Of a DNA stretch of 64,000 bases, positions 1 through 13,313 are shown piece by piece. The notes under the pieces were generated by a model that was given only the letters and a program-made list of their open reading frames with translations, searched no databases and was not told where the DNA came from. Source of the stretch: Lepidodermella squamata (taxonomy: Eukaryota > Animalia > Gastrotricha). Position numbers and translations under genes: made by a program. Each line of letters opens with the position of its first letter. Position 1 is the first letter of the stretch. The stretch covers positions 1,488,001 to 1,552,000 of the forward strand of contig JBLDXI010000015.1 of assembly GCA_047495785.1 (NCBI GenBank). Reading direction: 5' to 3'.

Positions 1-5
1 TTTAG

Positions 6-209
6 TTTGATTGCCCGCCAAGCGGTGCTGAAGAACATCTAGCTGTGGTGTTGAATGGGAAAATAGAGCGCTTGCCAAAAGCTTGTCCGGATTCCGACAT
101 TTGCCCTCTGACGAAAGTCTTTCAAGGATACCCTGAACTTCAAAAATGCGACTCTGCGGCAATTTGTCAATATAGAGATCATCCTAATCCCTATAGATCA
201 AGGAATTGA
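6..209 (+). CDS. Last exon of a MINPP1-like histidine phosphatase, copy 0 (5' part outside the window)
   Basis: After the tttag acceptor it reads FDCPPSGAEEHLAVVLNGKIERLPKACPDSDICPLTKVFQGYPELQKCDSAAICQ...RN*. This is collinear with the last exons of the two downstream paralogs (FDCP...NGK...ACP). Confidence 0.85.
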   Translation, partial: FDCPPSGAEEHLAVVLNGKIERLPKACPDSDICPLTKVFQGYPELQKCDSAAICQYRDHPNPYRSRN

Positions 210-222
210 AATCCTTAGGTCG

Positions 223-432
223 AGTAGCATGATTCATATTATGGAGATCTCTTTTGATCCAACACATATCGTAGGTGCAGTTGAAAAGGTCGGATTTAGG
301 GGACAAGTATAAATCAGCATAGTTTTACGTAAACGCGAGGGAAAACTTGTTACCTTTTATTTCACATCGTGCAGACGTGAATAAACCTAAATTCGACTTT
401 TTCAACAGCGCTAAGATGTGATTCGTGCTGCT
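223..432. mobile_element. Small degenerate MITE-like inverted repeat
   Basis: 263-300 (cacatatcgtaggtgcagttgaaaaggtcggatttagg) is an imperfect reverse complement of 386-420. Confidence 0.5.
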
Positions 433-694
433 TATGTTTAAGTCCCATAGAAGATAACTGTACCGGTGCCAGAATTTAAAATAAATGTCTTAATTGAAAG
501 GAAAAGCGATTTTTATTTGGAAAAGCGATTGAGTATGTACTCATTTCACCTTCTAGCTGTTTTAAACTTCATATTAGTATAAGGTTATTAGGCTGCTGCT
601 TTTGTTTTCGACTCCTCATAATCAAGTATTTCCTTGTGTACTGCACTGTTAAAGATAAAAACTCGAGCTATTTTAACAATGCTTCATTCATTGT

Positions 695-2394
695 ATGAGC
701 TCTTCATTAAAAATGCTGCTTCGCCTGTTCCTTTTAGAGATATTCATCAACAGCTTAAATTGTCGTTCCTTTTATTCATGGATGACCCCTTACAACACAT
801 CCCAGCCGATGGATTGGGATAACATTCTTCAAAATGTGCCTAAGCAGTGTTCTCTCAAGAACGTTCATTTTGTCGGACGCCATGGAACTAGGAGTCCATC
901 GCTTGGTCAAATCACTGCGGCCCTAAAAGTGGCTGAAAAGCTGAAGAACTATTTGAAAAACACTACCTTAGATAGCTCAAGGCCTGAGTATCAGCGAATT
1001 GATCGTTACTCAAGATGGAATGCCACTTTAAATGGAGGAGAAGTGATTCTAGAGAGGGGAGTGAATGAAATGCGCTATCTGGCTAAAAGTTACCATGCTT
1101 TATTCCAAAAGTATGGTTTGACAGGTATAAAACTTATTATTTGAGCAATCTGGTGATAATTTTTCGGATATAGGAGTCCTATCCTTTCAATCCACCTCAA
1201 CAGATAGAGCACTCAGTAGTTCTTCAGCCTTTCGCGAGCAATGGTATGATTTGCAACAAAAATCTGGCCCGTATGACGAAAATAAAACGCTTGAAGACTC
1301 ATCGAAAAAGTTCACAATACTTCAAAATGTTGCATATGACAATGTTTTATCTTACTTCACTAACTGCGAGCGTTACGTCAGAGAGATCAAGGATAATGCT
1401 ACAAGCAGGCCAGAATTTACAGGAATTTCATCTACGCCACGAGCCTTGGATATTGTGAAGTCTTTCAACAAGCGTTTTCTCGGCCAGGGTGATGAACCTT
1501 TGCTCAATTTCAGTATGTTCAACCTTATCACATCTTCCAGTTTGATAATTTCTCAATTCTAGATGAAATTTTCTCATTGTATTACATGGCGGGATATGAG
1601 CTAGCCTCAAAAGGCTCTTCAATCTTAGCCGACTTATTTCTGGAGTCCGATCTCGAATTTTTTGATTACGCTGATGATCTTGAGGTTAGGAATTATCATA
1701 CATAGGTGTTTAATCGCACCATTTCTCCAATATAGACCTGGTGGAAGTCGGCCTATGGCTATCAGCTGAACTACGACGCTTCATGTGCCCTTACCACCTC
1801 AATTTTTGAAATTTCGAGTTTGACTCGAACGATGCCGCGGGAATTTATTGGCCGTTTCCCCGGCATATTTCAGTTTACTCACTCAGAGGCTATTGTCCCT
1901 CTAATAGCCCGCCTAGGATTATTCAAAGACGAAATTCCACTCAAAGGCGATGCTTCATGGGATTTCATTCGGAACCGGCTGTTCCGATGCTCAGAATTGA
2001 CGCCTTTCGCTGCTAATATTGCTTTCCTTTTCGTAAGTTGATTGGTCGTTTTAAGGCATTAAAATTCATTCTTTTATTCTTTTAGTTTGATTGCCCGAAA
2101 AAAGGCCTAAACAATGGAGAAAACCTAGTCGTTTTAGTTAACGGAAAAGCGCAGCAACTAGCAAAAGCCTGTCCGAATTCTGACATATGCCCAACACTGG
2201 ATGTGTTTTTCAGCTATCCTGAGCTAGCAAACTGTGACTCTGCAGCCATTTGCCGCAACCAAACGAATTTAGCCGGTCCTTCTACACAGAAGAAATCATC
2301 TGGCGTCTCGCATTACGAAAAAATTTCTGCGGCTTTTTCGCTGGCCAGCATTGTTTACATTGTTTACGCCTACATTTTCTTCAAACATTCCTGA
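695..2394 (+). CDS. MINPP1-like: MINPP1/phytase-like histidine phosphatase (clade 2), copy 1, multi-exon
   Basis: N-terminal signal-like segment, RHGTRSP catalytic motif, FTHSE proton-donor motif and PFAAN motif. Short GT-AG introns (e.g. 1125-1173). Hydrophobic C-terminus. Confidence 0.9.
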
Positions 2395-2713
2395 GTTCAC
2401 AAAATTTCAAGTACTGCTTGCGCTGCATTGTTAACCGGTTGAATACCGTTATAAATTGGAAAAAAGTGGTGAAATGACAGCTTACAAGAAAGTCGTGGAG
2501 AAATAAAAGGAATGAAGTGTGAGTTAAGCTATGTATGTATCACGCTTGTGTTTGTTTTCTTCGCACTAGCCAAGATGGAACGCGGGTCACGTTTGGTGTA
2601 ATAGACCCTGCGCGCGAAAGAGTCTTGTTGAAAATGCGCGAGCAAATATTTGAAAAACCGCGCGGCCGATAAGTCGTGCTGTGTTAAGACAGTTAAATCT
2701 TGAACACGCTGAA

Positions 2714-4362
2714 ATGCTTGCGTACGCATTAATCTCATTCGCAGGCCTACTGCCTGCTGTTATCGCGCAGGATGTGCAATATTTGACATGGATGACCCCT
2801 TATAACACCTCCGCCCCAATGAATTGGGGCGCCATACTACGGAACATTCCAAATCAATGTTCCTTAAAGCATGTTCATTACGTTGGAAGACACGGCTCGA
2901 GAACGCCCTCATCAGGTCAAATCAATGATGTCTTCAAAGTTGCTGCAAAATTACGAGATTTCTTGGCTAACAGCTCCCTTCCGAGGACCAGCAGCTTGTA
3001 TCAGAGGATCGAGAATATCTCACGATGGAATACGACCCTTAAGGGAGGAGAAACCCTTCTAGATCGAGGGATGCAAGAAATGAGATATTTATCTTCAAAC
3101 TACTACAGCCTTTTTGAAAGATACAACCTGTCAGGCAAGATTTTACCTTTGCTTTGTCTATGCTTTAAGTTGTTCTTGATATAGGAAGCATCTTATTCGG
3201 TTCGTCAGACACACAGCGAGCGCTTAGCAGCTCAAACACTTTCCGCGACAGATGGTTGAATCTTAGTTCAGCTGACCCGAATGGCAGGAAGAAATATGTG
3301 GTTCTTCCTAACTTCCCGGATGACAATAGGCTCTATTACTTCTCAACATGCTCTCGATACGTCAATCAAATAAAGAACAACGCGTCAAGCCGACCTGAAT
3401 TCGCTAATATTCCAAAGACGCCCTACGCAGTCGATTTGGTTAGCAAGTTCAACCTGCGACTTTTCGATTCTTCACGAATTATCCTCAATTTCGGTGAGGC
3501 TTTGACAACAATGTGGCTTCCAATTTGTTCATGAGATTTTTCAGATGAAATATTCGCCCTTTATTACATGGCTGGCTATGAAAATGTTGCATTTGGCTCA
3601 TCTGATCTTCTGAGACTCTTCACAAGTACTGACATGGAGTTCTTAGATTATGCTGATGATCTTGAGGTTGAGGATCGAGTAGTAAAGAATGGTTGACTCA
3701 GCTTTTTATTTTCAGACGTGGTGGAAACAAGCCTATCCTTACCCTCTCAACTACGAGGCATCATGTGCTTTGACTAAATTCATCTTTGGACTGGCCCCGG
3801 TAGCAAAGTCTCGAGGCGGTGGCTCGAAAGCAGGATTCGCTGGAATCTTTCAATTCACTCATTCAGAAGCTTTAGTGCCAGTATTTACCAGGCTGAATCT
3901 CTTCAAGGATACGACGCCACTTCTGGGAAATGCCACATGGGCTGCTATTCGCAATCGCAAGTTCAAGGGATCAGAAATAACCCCGTTTGCCGCGAATATG
4001 GGTTTTCTATTTGTACGCTCATAATTCATACGCATTATTTATAGTGGTAATTAACATTTTCGGCCTATTTGCAGTTTGATTGCCCAAAAGCAAACAGTAC
4101 AGATCAGGAGCAAAGCTTGGTAGTCGTCGTGAACGGAAAAGTGCAGCGCCTGCCTGCTTGCCCGAACACAGACGCCTGCTCGATGGACCGAATTCGCGCC
4201 GACTACAACGCCACGACACAGTGCAACCCTACGCAGATTTGCGATGACCTTGCAACGAGAATGGCGATGATTGGAATGAATAAGATAAAAGCTGGATCGA
4301 GCATGCTTGTCTCAAATGCAAGCATTATTCTTATAATATTGGCAGGGCTCTTATCGATCTAA
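2714..4362 (+). CDS. MINPP1-like: MINPP1/phytase-like histidine phosphatase, copy 2, multi-exon
   Basis: Signal peptide MLAYALISFAGLLPAVIA, RHGSRTP, FTHSE and PFAAN. Same exon layout as copy 1. GPI-signal-like C-terminus. Confidence 0.9.
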
Positions 4363-4583
4363 ATCTGCCTGGACATTGTAAGGAAAACTTTTATCATACG
4401 TGAAAATTTGAGTTTTGGAATAAAGTTTTGTTGTTTAAGCTAAGTCTTTGACTTCCCAATTTAACTACGAACGGTCTTTATTCAAGAAAAAGCTTTCAAT
4501 TCTCATAGAACTTGAAAATGCAGATAAATCATAGGAAAGTATCACCGAATAGAATAGAAGGCACATTTGGTCAAGGTTCAATC

Positions 4584-5827
4584 TCAATCATCGTCGTCGT
4601 CGTCATCTTTCGGAGGTGCTGGTTTCTTCTTGCCAGCCGATTTCTCGCGGGTCTTAGCAGACAAAACACCAACAGCCTCGTCGTCACTGTCGTCCGGCTT
4701 CTTCGGCGGGGGTTCATCATCTTCGTCCTCGTCATCTGACACATCCTCAGGCAGAACAGCACCGGGCGATGGGACGCGCGCGGGCTTAGCCGAAGCGAGG
4801 CGAGCTGGCGCTGCTGGTGGGGCGACGTCAACTTTAGAAGTAACACCCAAATCCATCATAAACATTCCATCATCATCATCGTCATCTACGGGCAGAGGCG
4901 GCCGAGCTGGGACTTGTTTCGCAACAACCGGAACTACGGGTTTAGGCGGGGGAGATGCTGGTTTGGGCGGGGGTGGCGCAGCAGGCTTCACGACAGGCTC
5001 CGGCTTCTTTACCGGGTCCTCGCCGACCACATTCAAAGCCTTGAAAACAAAAGGCTTAGGCTCTGGCGGAGGAGGTGGTGCGTCGTCGAAAATCTTCGTG
5101 AAAACAGGCTCCTTCTTAACATCAGCCGCCGTGGCCTGAACTGCGGTAACGGCGGGCTCTTCCTCCTCCTCATCTTCTGGGTCATTGAGGAAGTCCCAGC
5201 GATAAGGAACCCGGTAGCCACGCATGTATGGCCACTCTGGTTGGATGTTGCGTTTTATGCCCCTTGGATGGTGTCGCATAGGTCTGTTCAGTCTTCGCAG
5301 CCACCACTCGAGTTTCTCATCTTCCTCAACAGGCTCAGGGTCCTTTTCATCTGCCTCTCGTAGCAAACGTTCAGCTTCCTCCTAAAATGGGAAAATGTTA
5401 TGGGATGCAAGCTAAGTTTTGATTAACTCACGGCTTCCTCCTTAAGACGTTGATCCAATCTCTTTTTCCTCAACTTATCACAAAAATCGCGCTGACGCCT
5501 CGCAGCTCGGTAGAACAGAATCGAGCGACCTACAATGAAGGCAATTAGCGACCCTCCGTATACCAGGGCGAAAAGCGGCCATAGAACAGTTTCGCCGAGT
5601 AAGAACATGTTCTTGAAGTAGTAATCGAATTGGTCATAAAGGTAGTTCTTTTGACCAGCCAAGGTTGTAGTTATGACTTTTTCGGGATCTTGCGTGAGGA
5701 ATGTAACTCCTGTCGCGCTGTTTGGGGTTAAGGCAGCCGCTAGGGTAGTGCTAAGCGTTGTAGCAGTTGATGCGGTTGTTGTGTTAGCCGCTGTGGTCGT
5801 AATCGCGGCCGTTGTAGTGGCCGCCAT
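4584..5827 (-). CDS. Orphan single-pass membrane protein: Thr/Ala-rich N-terminus, TM helix, Pro/Asp/Lys-rich tail; exons 5827-5432 and 5381-4584
   Basis: Two ORFs are joined in frame by a 50-nt GTGAG...TTTTAG intron (5431-5382). TM segment VLWPLFALVYGGSLIAFIV. Confidence 0.75.
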
Positions 5828-6549
5828 TGCTTCACGTGCTAAACGTCAAATGGATGTAAAATAAGTCGCTCTTTTCTAGCTTGCTCGACTAATCGAATAG
5901 AGAATGAGCAAAGAACGTTTGCGAATAATAAACAAGCAGATGCGAACGGAAAATACGCGTTTCTGATATTGATTTTAGATACAGCAGCCCTGCCGCGGGT
6001 ATTGACGCGATGTTTTGGCAATGAGGTAGCCAGTTGCCAAGACTGAGTTCGGTCGATAACGCTGCGCTACCGCTACCGCTGTCTTTAGGTTGAAATCCGT
6101 CTTTTGTCTTTCGTTCGTTCAAATGTATGGATGGCGTCACAATTGAAATTGAGAAATTGAAAAATGCGATTTGTCAATCAATTATTTTTCTGCACCGGCC
6201 TGGTTTAAAAGGCTCTCATCTCTCACTCAATTAATTCAGATTGTAATGTTAATTCAGTCGAATTTAAAGGGAGAAAGCACTCGTTTTGCTTTACAAACTG
6301 GATGTTTGGCCGCTGATTAGGCAGAATCATGAGAAATAAAAATAACCTCATGGGTATTTATCCTTAACCAGCACGGGAAATGAAATCATTCAGTCATGCT
6401 TATCGATGATTCAAATTGGCTCAAAATCAAGATCTTGATTTATCAAGGCAGACATCAGCATCGAGCCATAATTGCTTTCACTCAAATTATGGAAGCGATT
6501 TGTTGAGGAGATTCAGTTAATTTTTTATTCCATTAAAAGAGAAAACAAT

Positions 6550-8494
6550 ATGGATACATTCCTTACTGTTGGCGAGCTTTACAGCTTGAATGAGACTGTT
6601 TATGGCCTTGCGCCTACTGTGATTATGGCAGACAACACATCCAACAGCACATATCGGGATAAGCTTGTCCAAACGGCACTCTTTTTCCAGATATTTCATC
6701 ACATTCAGGAAAAAGGGCGAGACAACGTGTGCTGGCTACGCAGTCCTTTCAATTCAACAAGATTCTCGAAGGGCTACTCACCCCCACATAGCATCCAAAG
6801 AAATTTGTGGACTGATAATGTCCCAGATGGCTGCTATTCCATTCTTGAAGTGGTTTATAATTGCTTTTGCACAACGTATGACAAACTTGGGTGTGAGATG
6901 AACGATACAATGGACAGGTGTCCATACTGGTTTCTGCAAGTTCCGAAAGGCCTGGTGAATCCATGGCCAATGGCCTGGCAAATGAAGGCTGCCGCTGGTT
7001 TATACATCATCACAACGCCATGTTCTTTCTTTCGTAAGTTGTCGCAAGAATTATTACCTAAATATCAGTTTTTCTATAGTCAGTGGCATTGCTATCCTGA
7101 CATGGCTGCGCAATCCTCAGCTTCAAACTGTGACAAATATATTTGTAATAAATTTGATCTCAGCAAACCTAGGAGTGGCTGTAATAAGGTTGCCGGTTGA
7201 AGTAGGAAATTCAATGCGATTACTGGCCAAAATAGTCATTTGCACTTTTTCAGGCATATAAAATTCTTGCCGAATTGGGCGATGCTATCCCATGGACCAT
7301 ATACGAGCCGATATGGCTGTCTGACATTATCTGTAAGCTGTTCTCAGTCGCCCCAACTCTTGTGATGGTAGTCTCCGTTAACATGCTGGCTCTCATCGGC
7401 TACGAGCGATATCAGGCTATCTGCAATCCTTTGAGAAGTCAACGCCAGCTTTCTCGCAAGCGGGCTTACAAGCTGATTGCAATCGTATGGATTTGGTCCC
7501 TGATTGCCTGCATCCCAACAATGCTGTTTTACGTAAAATTTATTTACATATTAGGGGTGAAAAAGGGGGCTCGCGTGGCCTTTAAAAGGGTCACCTTTAG
7601 CTCTCAAAGCCTGTATTTTCTCAGAATCGAAAGTTCAGGTCGGAATGAGGCTTAGGCTATGCTCTCCGTAGAATACGTGTTCGACGGGACTCAATGTTAT
7701 TCGATCTAATGTCTGTGTTTATTCCCAGTCGCTTCGTTTAGGAGCTCCGGTGCAGACGTATCAACTGTTCTGTGGGGAGGTTTACGATCCTCTTCTCAGT
7801 GAAATGAGTACGCAAAGCATTATTACCGCAAGAACGGCTAATAAGGTCACGTTTGGCCTGACTCAATTCTTCCTGCCTGCATTTGCTCTTTGCGTCGTTT
7901 ACGGCAAAATTCTCATCACGCTGAGACAACGGTTGAACCAATACAAAACTATGGCTGGCGCAATGCGAACCGATGAACAATCGGACAATAACACGTAAGG
8001 ATTCAATATCTTTAGAAAAGCCTTTTCATCCTGGTAAAGTTTCTAGGATTAACGCTTCCGCTCTTCAGCGAGAAGCTAAAATGAGGGAGAAAGCGGTTCG
8101 GCAAACTAGGCGAGCGACTTTAACCTGTTTTTATTGCCTCGCAGCGTTCGTATTGTTATGGCTACCGTATGAAGGTGCCGAGATACTCTTCGCCCTTCAG
8201 TTTTACTCCCCTGGGCTGATGCAGTTTCTCTACTACTCGCAACTGGACGATTCGACAGCTCTTTACAATGCCATCGCAATGACATTTTCGTTCTTCTCCC
8301 CGCTGATTTACTGCGGTAATAATCGCCAATGGATGGCTTCTATTAGGCGGATGTTCTGCTGCTGTGAACGCTTTGGTTATTGTGAGCGCCCGATTCAGGA
8401 TTCGACTGAGACTCGGGAAACTTCTACGAACTCGGCATCGGGCAATCAACCGGGCAATGCCACGAACTTGGCGGAATTTTCTCTCGGTGAATAA
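6550..8494 (+). CDS. Rhodopsin-family (peptide receptor-like) GPCR with a Cys-rich N-terminal extension; true start uncertain
   Basis: Spliced exons give TM2 TVTNIFVINL, TM3 YERYQAICNPL, TM4 VWIWSLIACIP, TM5 FFLPAFALCVVYGKI, TM6 FVLLWLPY and TM7 FSPLIYC. Confidence 0.85.
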
Positions 8495-8628
8495 CAGGAT
8501 GAAAAACCATTTTTATTCCATTGTTGTCTTCGCCAATATTTGCTTCACGTATATTAGGTATATATTGTCAATACGCCATACATCCAGCTAGCGTTTTGCT
8601 AAGCTTGTTGCCAAGTTCTAATAAAATA

Positions 8629-9114
8629 CAGTGCACCTTCTTTATAACGAACCACTACGGTGCCACCTAAAAAAGTTCGCTATAAGCGAAGTTCGTTACA
8701 AACGAAGTAGAGAAATTTAAAAAGTTTTTGGAACATCCCAATTTTCAGGATGGCTCGGCTTAAGAAGGGTCAGAAATAGAGTCTAAATGCTCATACAAGA
8801 GCTCGTCGAGTTCTTTCTTCTTCAGTAGCATGATTAAATCGTAATGGATCATAAAATTGAATCCCCAAAATAGATGAAATACGTGAAATTTGCGAGTATA
8901 AGCGCGCGCGAGACCCAAGTTCGCTATAAAACAATGTAAATATCATGCGTAAAGCTGCCGCCGAGCCACTCAGAATCGTTCGTTATAGCCAAAAGTTCGC
9001 TATAAACGAGGTTGGCAACATGTAAAAGTGCGCCGTTTGGCTCGTGCCACTCATTTTTGTTCGTTATAGTCGAAGTTTGCTATAAGACCGGTTCGTTATA
9101 ACAAAGGTGCACTG
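8629..9114. mobile_element. Tc1/mariner (pogo/Tigger-like) MITE
   Basis: 25-bp TIRs CAGTGCACCTT..TTATAACGAACC flanked by a TA duplication, with subterminal repeats of gttcgytata. Confidence 0.85.
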
Positions 9115-9295
9115 TATGCGTAATGTTTTTTGCATTGCATTTTTTCAACAACTTCATAATCATGAGCATTTTCTGATCCGATACGGCTTTTTAAATTTGT
9201 TAGTGATCTGTGTCAACTTTATGAAGCCTCACGTTTCGGATAGTCGTAGAATGTTTTTCCATACCCTAGACTTTGATAAATAAAAATTACACTTT

Positions 9296-9447
9296 GATAA
9301 AACTAGCTTTAAAAGGGGCACCTCAGCTCCCTTGGGGAAAACTCAGCTGGCAGCTTTTCGAAGACCTTGTGAAAGGCCTCCCAAAAAGCTACCAGCCAGC
9401 TTTCCCCGCAGGGGGCCGAGGTGCCCCTCCAAAAAGCTAGCTTCATC
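9296..9447 (-). ncRNA. ~150-nt imperfect long hairpin, candidate structured RNA
   Basis: Arms 9296-9368 and 9373-9447 pair around a 4-nt loop. Most mismatches are A-C on the + strand, which become G-U on the - strand. Confidence 0.45.
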
Positions 9448-9699
9448 GCGGTAAACAGAGCAGCTAAATTAGCGCTAAGAGATCGGTCCAACATCGGCTA
9501 TTACTACTGCATCGACTTCCAGCTCGCAAGCCAGGTCAGGTTCCATCTCAGGTTCTCAGGTTCAGGTTCATCTCAGGAACATCAGCTTCAGCTGCTTCTA
9601 ACTCGCCGGGTGAGGCCTCCTTGCTTCCGATGGACAACAGAAAGACACCAGCCGCCAATCTCGTCGCCCAAAGATGATGCAGTTGATGAAGCTGGCCCT

Positions 9700-9960
9700 T
9701 CAAAGCGTCGTTGCAACACCGAACCCGACGCTGGAAATTTGACGCTGGGCCGTTCTAGTTACAACTGCGACAAACCTACGCTTTATGGCGCTAAACACCA
9801 TACTGCGAAGCCTGCACCGATATCGTCGTTGCCGATCTTTGCGAAAAGTTGTGGGTGAAACTCCCTGTCTCAAGCATTCGGCCGGGTGGGTACGACAACA
9901 AAAAATTCAAAATTACAAATAACAATTAACAAAAAACAAATAATAACAAATAACAAATAA
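9700..9960 (+). mobile_element. Possible 3' end of a non-LTR retroelement with an A-rich tail
   Basis: The ORF ends GRSSY...SLPIFAKSCG*, weakly like LINE ORF2 C-termini, and is followed by an (A/C)AAATAAC-rich tail at 9897-9960. Confidence 0.3.
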
Positions 9961-11366
9961 TAGTATCACAGTATCACAGATATCACAGAAATTGGATTCA
10001 GTTTTCGAATGATTTCAAAGACAAATATTTTAAATAAATATCTTACATGGGTATGAGCTTTGTTACTTGACTGAATCCATCAGGGCGACACGGCTGGCAT
10101 GGTAATTTTTGGCAAAAATCCCGAAAACAAGAGGCACCGCCACGCCGTCCTTGTTAATTCCGGTCACGGTATTGACGAACCAGGCAGAAGAATGGGCAAG
10201 AAATAAGAAATAACTAACATCGTGACGTTAGCAATCGGAAATTGTATCCGTGACCTGAAGACATCTGGTACATCCGTCGGGCAATTTGGGCAAAGATGTC
10301 TTTGTGAGAAGTTTTATTTGGTTTTGTGCAAATTTTTAGACGACTTTTACTGTATTGGCTTTGCACTTATCACCAGCTGAACATCTAAAAGAAAGAATCT
10401 ACATCGGGAATAGTAATCTAAACTGTAGAACGTACGAGACTAGTACGTATTCACCATTTTACTGCTTTTTACAGATGAAAAATTGTCAATTTGCGGGTGA
10501 TCATCGACATAATTTTGGGCGAAATCTCCAAGTGATGCACCAATAGGGAAAGATGCAATATCGTCAAACTGAATAGCACGTCCGCCTTTCGCCTGCAGCA
10601 ATGCTGTCGAAAATTGATTGCTCGTCGACAATATAGATGACACTAGGAAGGACTGTCAACACGCTTCAATAGCACACGCTTCAGGTAAATGTAATGGCAT
10701 GCAACGACTACTCTCACATAAATGAAGTTTTCAAGTAGAAGAACTGCCTCGCACCAAGCTACTTTCAGTGTCCACACAGGTAATAATAGAGAAAAACATT
10801 AAAACTCTGTATAGATCCCAAAAGCGCATGGGGTTGTGTGGCTGTATGACACCTTGCATTCTCAACCCTAAGAAGAGCGTGATTAAATAACCAGATGGCT
10901 CAATGCTGTGGTTTCATGGAGTACGCGAGTAATGGATGGATGGATTTGATCTGGTGATTTAACAGGGCCTGGGATGAAGAGTTTGAGACCTGTCACCGAT
11001 AATTCAGCGTTAGGCGCGGAGTGACACAAAGGGATACGAAAATAAATTATAAAGACAGATCTATGATATATTTGGTCCGGATTCAGACACCTGCTCGATG
11101 AATGGAGACTCGGTAGTTGCTATGGACGCAAATATATATACACTTAGCAAAAAAAGTCCGGTCCCTCCGCCTCCCATAAAAATTCCTGCTGTGAAAAACT
11201 GTTAAAAATAAATTATTTAACTAAAATAATATAATTTTTGTGATAAATTTTAATTTTTATTATCAATTCTCCAATTTATTTTTTATTTTATTGCAAAGTT
11301 TTGCCGCAGGCGATTTGAGGGAAAATTGATTTCAAGTTGCGGGTTAACGCGCGCTCCGGGGGCTCT

Positions 11367-13292
11367 CATTGTCTTACGCGCACTTGCTTCGCAGTGCGAC
11401 GTAATGGGCAGGTCCCAATTATTTTTCCTCCTGGAAATGGGATCCTGAACTGGCGATCATTTGAACATATCATTTCGTCCGAACCTGGACCAAGCGCATC
11501 GATTTTACGTTTCGAAACGAAATCAAGAATTTTCCTAAGCAGTCTTCTTCCTAAGGTCTGTCGTAAGGTCTGGGACTCAAAGTCTCTGGGAACGGCTTTG
11601 ATAGGATATTACTTTCAAAAATTTGGTGGTAAATGGCTCAACGTTACGAATAACAGAATACGTCAAAATGTGACCAAATTTTAGTAAGTGCATGGTAGAA
11701 TTGAGGCTGATAAATGTTTCATCATTGTAATGCATTGGACAAGTTCGCACATGTTTCGTAATAATTAATATGTAGTATTGTATATTGTATTGGCAATCCC
11801 CCAATTGCCGATAGAGATGTCTCAATGAGCAATCCGAAAGTTGCTTTTTGCCTATTGTTTATCAGCCTTCAGGTTATTGAATGAGCAATGTATCACATCA
11901 TATTAAAGAGCATGAAGAGCCCTATCGATTGGTCTGCAAATTGATTAATAAAGAGTTTAAATGGACCTAGAAGGCCAGAAGACTGTTACAGTGAAAATAT
12001 GCTAGCTTTTTAATAACTCATAGAACACGCAGTTACGGAACAAGTTATTAGGGAAAATGGGCTCTGCTAGATAGGCGAAGGGCTATTCTGCAATCTTGCT
12101 TGGTTTCCGAATTAAAAAAAAACTGTATAAAATAGCTGAAAATGACGTTGGGAACAATTCGGATTGCACATTGGGATATCTCAATCGGCTATTGGGAGAA
12201 ATTGCGTTATACGATACTACAAATATACAGAACTCTCAAAAAGTAATGTTTCAACAATGTTTCTATTTTATTGATCGATTTTCCGTCGGCTAACATTCAA
12301 ATTCTCCAGTTAGAAAGGCAACAGGTGACACTATATTATTTTCTATAGCGAGTTGTAAGGTGTAAGACGTAAATGGTTGTGGAATAATTATTGTTTACCC
12401 AATGTTACTATCATCGGCAGGGTGGTTGATTCTGTTAGAAAGTCAAGCAATGTTTTACTGCTCAGATGGCACAATCACTATTTTATCGGGAATTCTCTGC
12501 AAGACCAACTTTAACTTCAAGCTAAACTCAATCTGTTGACTGGAGGCTTGTATCAAAAAATCAATGCTAATATAATGCGAAGATTAAGGAAATTGTGTTA
12601 TTTTCATTCTTCATGCAGATTCGTTCAAACGAGTCGGTAAGAAACATTGCAATCTGTACTTGGGATTTACATTGGTGTATGAAGGGAATGGAAGGGGTAG
12701 TCAGTCTATCTTAAATTATGTCTATGCGGGAATAGCGGAGCTATACGAGCTCATGCCCTTTCAAATGACTTACTGCCCATGTAAACGTTTGTATATCGTC
12801 GCATATTATTTTAAAACAAAATGAAGAGCAAAAAATAGTTAAGGCACGATATGGGATATGGCCATCGTTTATATCTACGGTTGGTAAGGAATTTTGCGTT
12901 ATTCTGAGGTATCTCGACTCGGCTGTGGCTAAGCCGATTTTCTTTAACTCTTGAAAAACTATCATTATTACTTTTGTTAGGAAAACAGGGGATATAAAAG
13001 ATGGAAACGATCATACGATAAACGATAAACGACTATGAAGATTATAGGCGACACTGCTAATGCGAGTGGAGACAGAAGAAAGTGGATGGTAAAAATGACA
13101 GAAAATAAGACTGATAAATGTTCATCATATGGAGAAGCTTTGGGACTGTTTACATATGCGAGCGAAAGCGAGCATGTTAACAGTCCCACTGTTCAAATGA
13201 TCACAAGTTCAGGATCCCAGATACCAGGAGGGAAAATAATTGGGACCTGCCCATTACGTCACACTGCGAAGCAAGTGCGCGTAAGGCAAATG
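11367..13292. mobile_element. Nested element with ~100-bp terminal inverted repeats
   Basis: 11369-11467 (ttacgcgcacttgcttcgcagtg...gatcatttgaaca) is a near reverse complement of 13190-13289. Confidence 0.75.
11770..12225. repeat. Older degenerate inverted repeat (MITE relic) inside the nested element
   Basis: caattgccgatagagatgtctcaatgagcaatccgaa pairs imperfectly with ttcggattgcacattgggatatctcaatcggctattg. Confidence 0.6.
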
Positions 13293-13313
13293 TGTTTTTC
13301 TTAAACATGACTA

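Noticed and set aside
4567-5363. Ser/Gly-rich + strand ORFs
   Set aside because: They are antisense shadows of the Pro/Asp-rich minus-strand exon.
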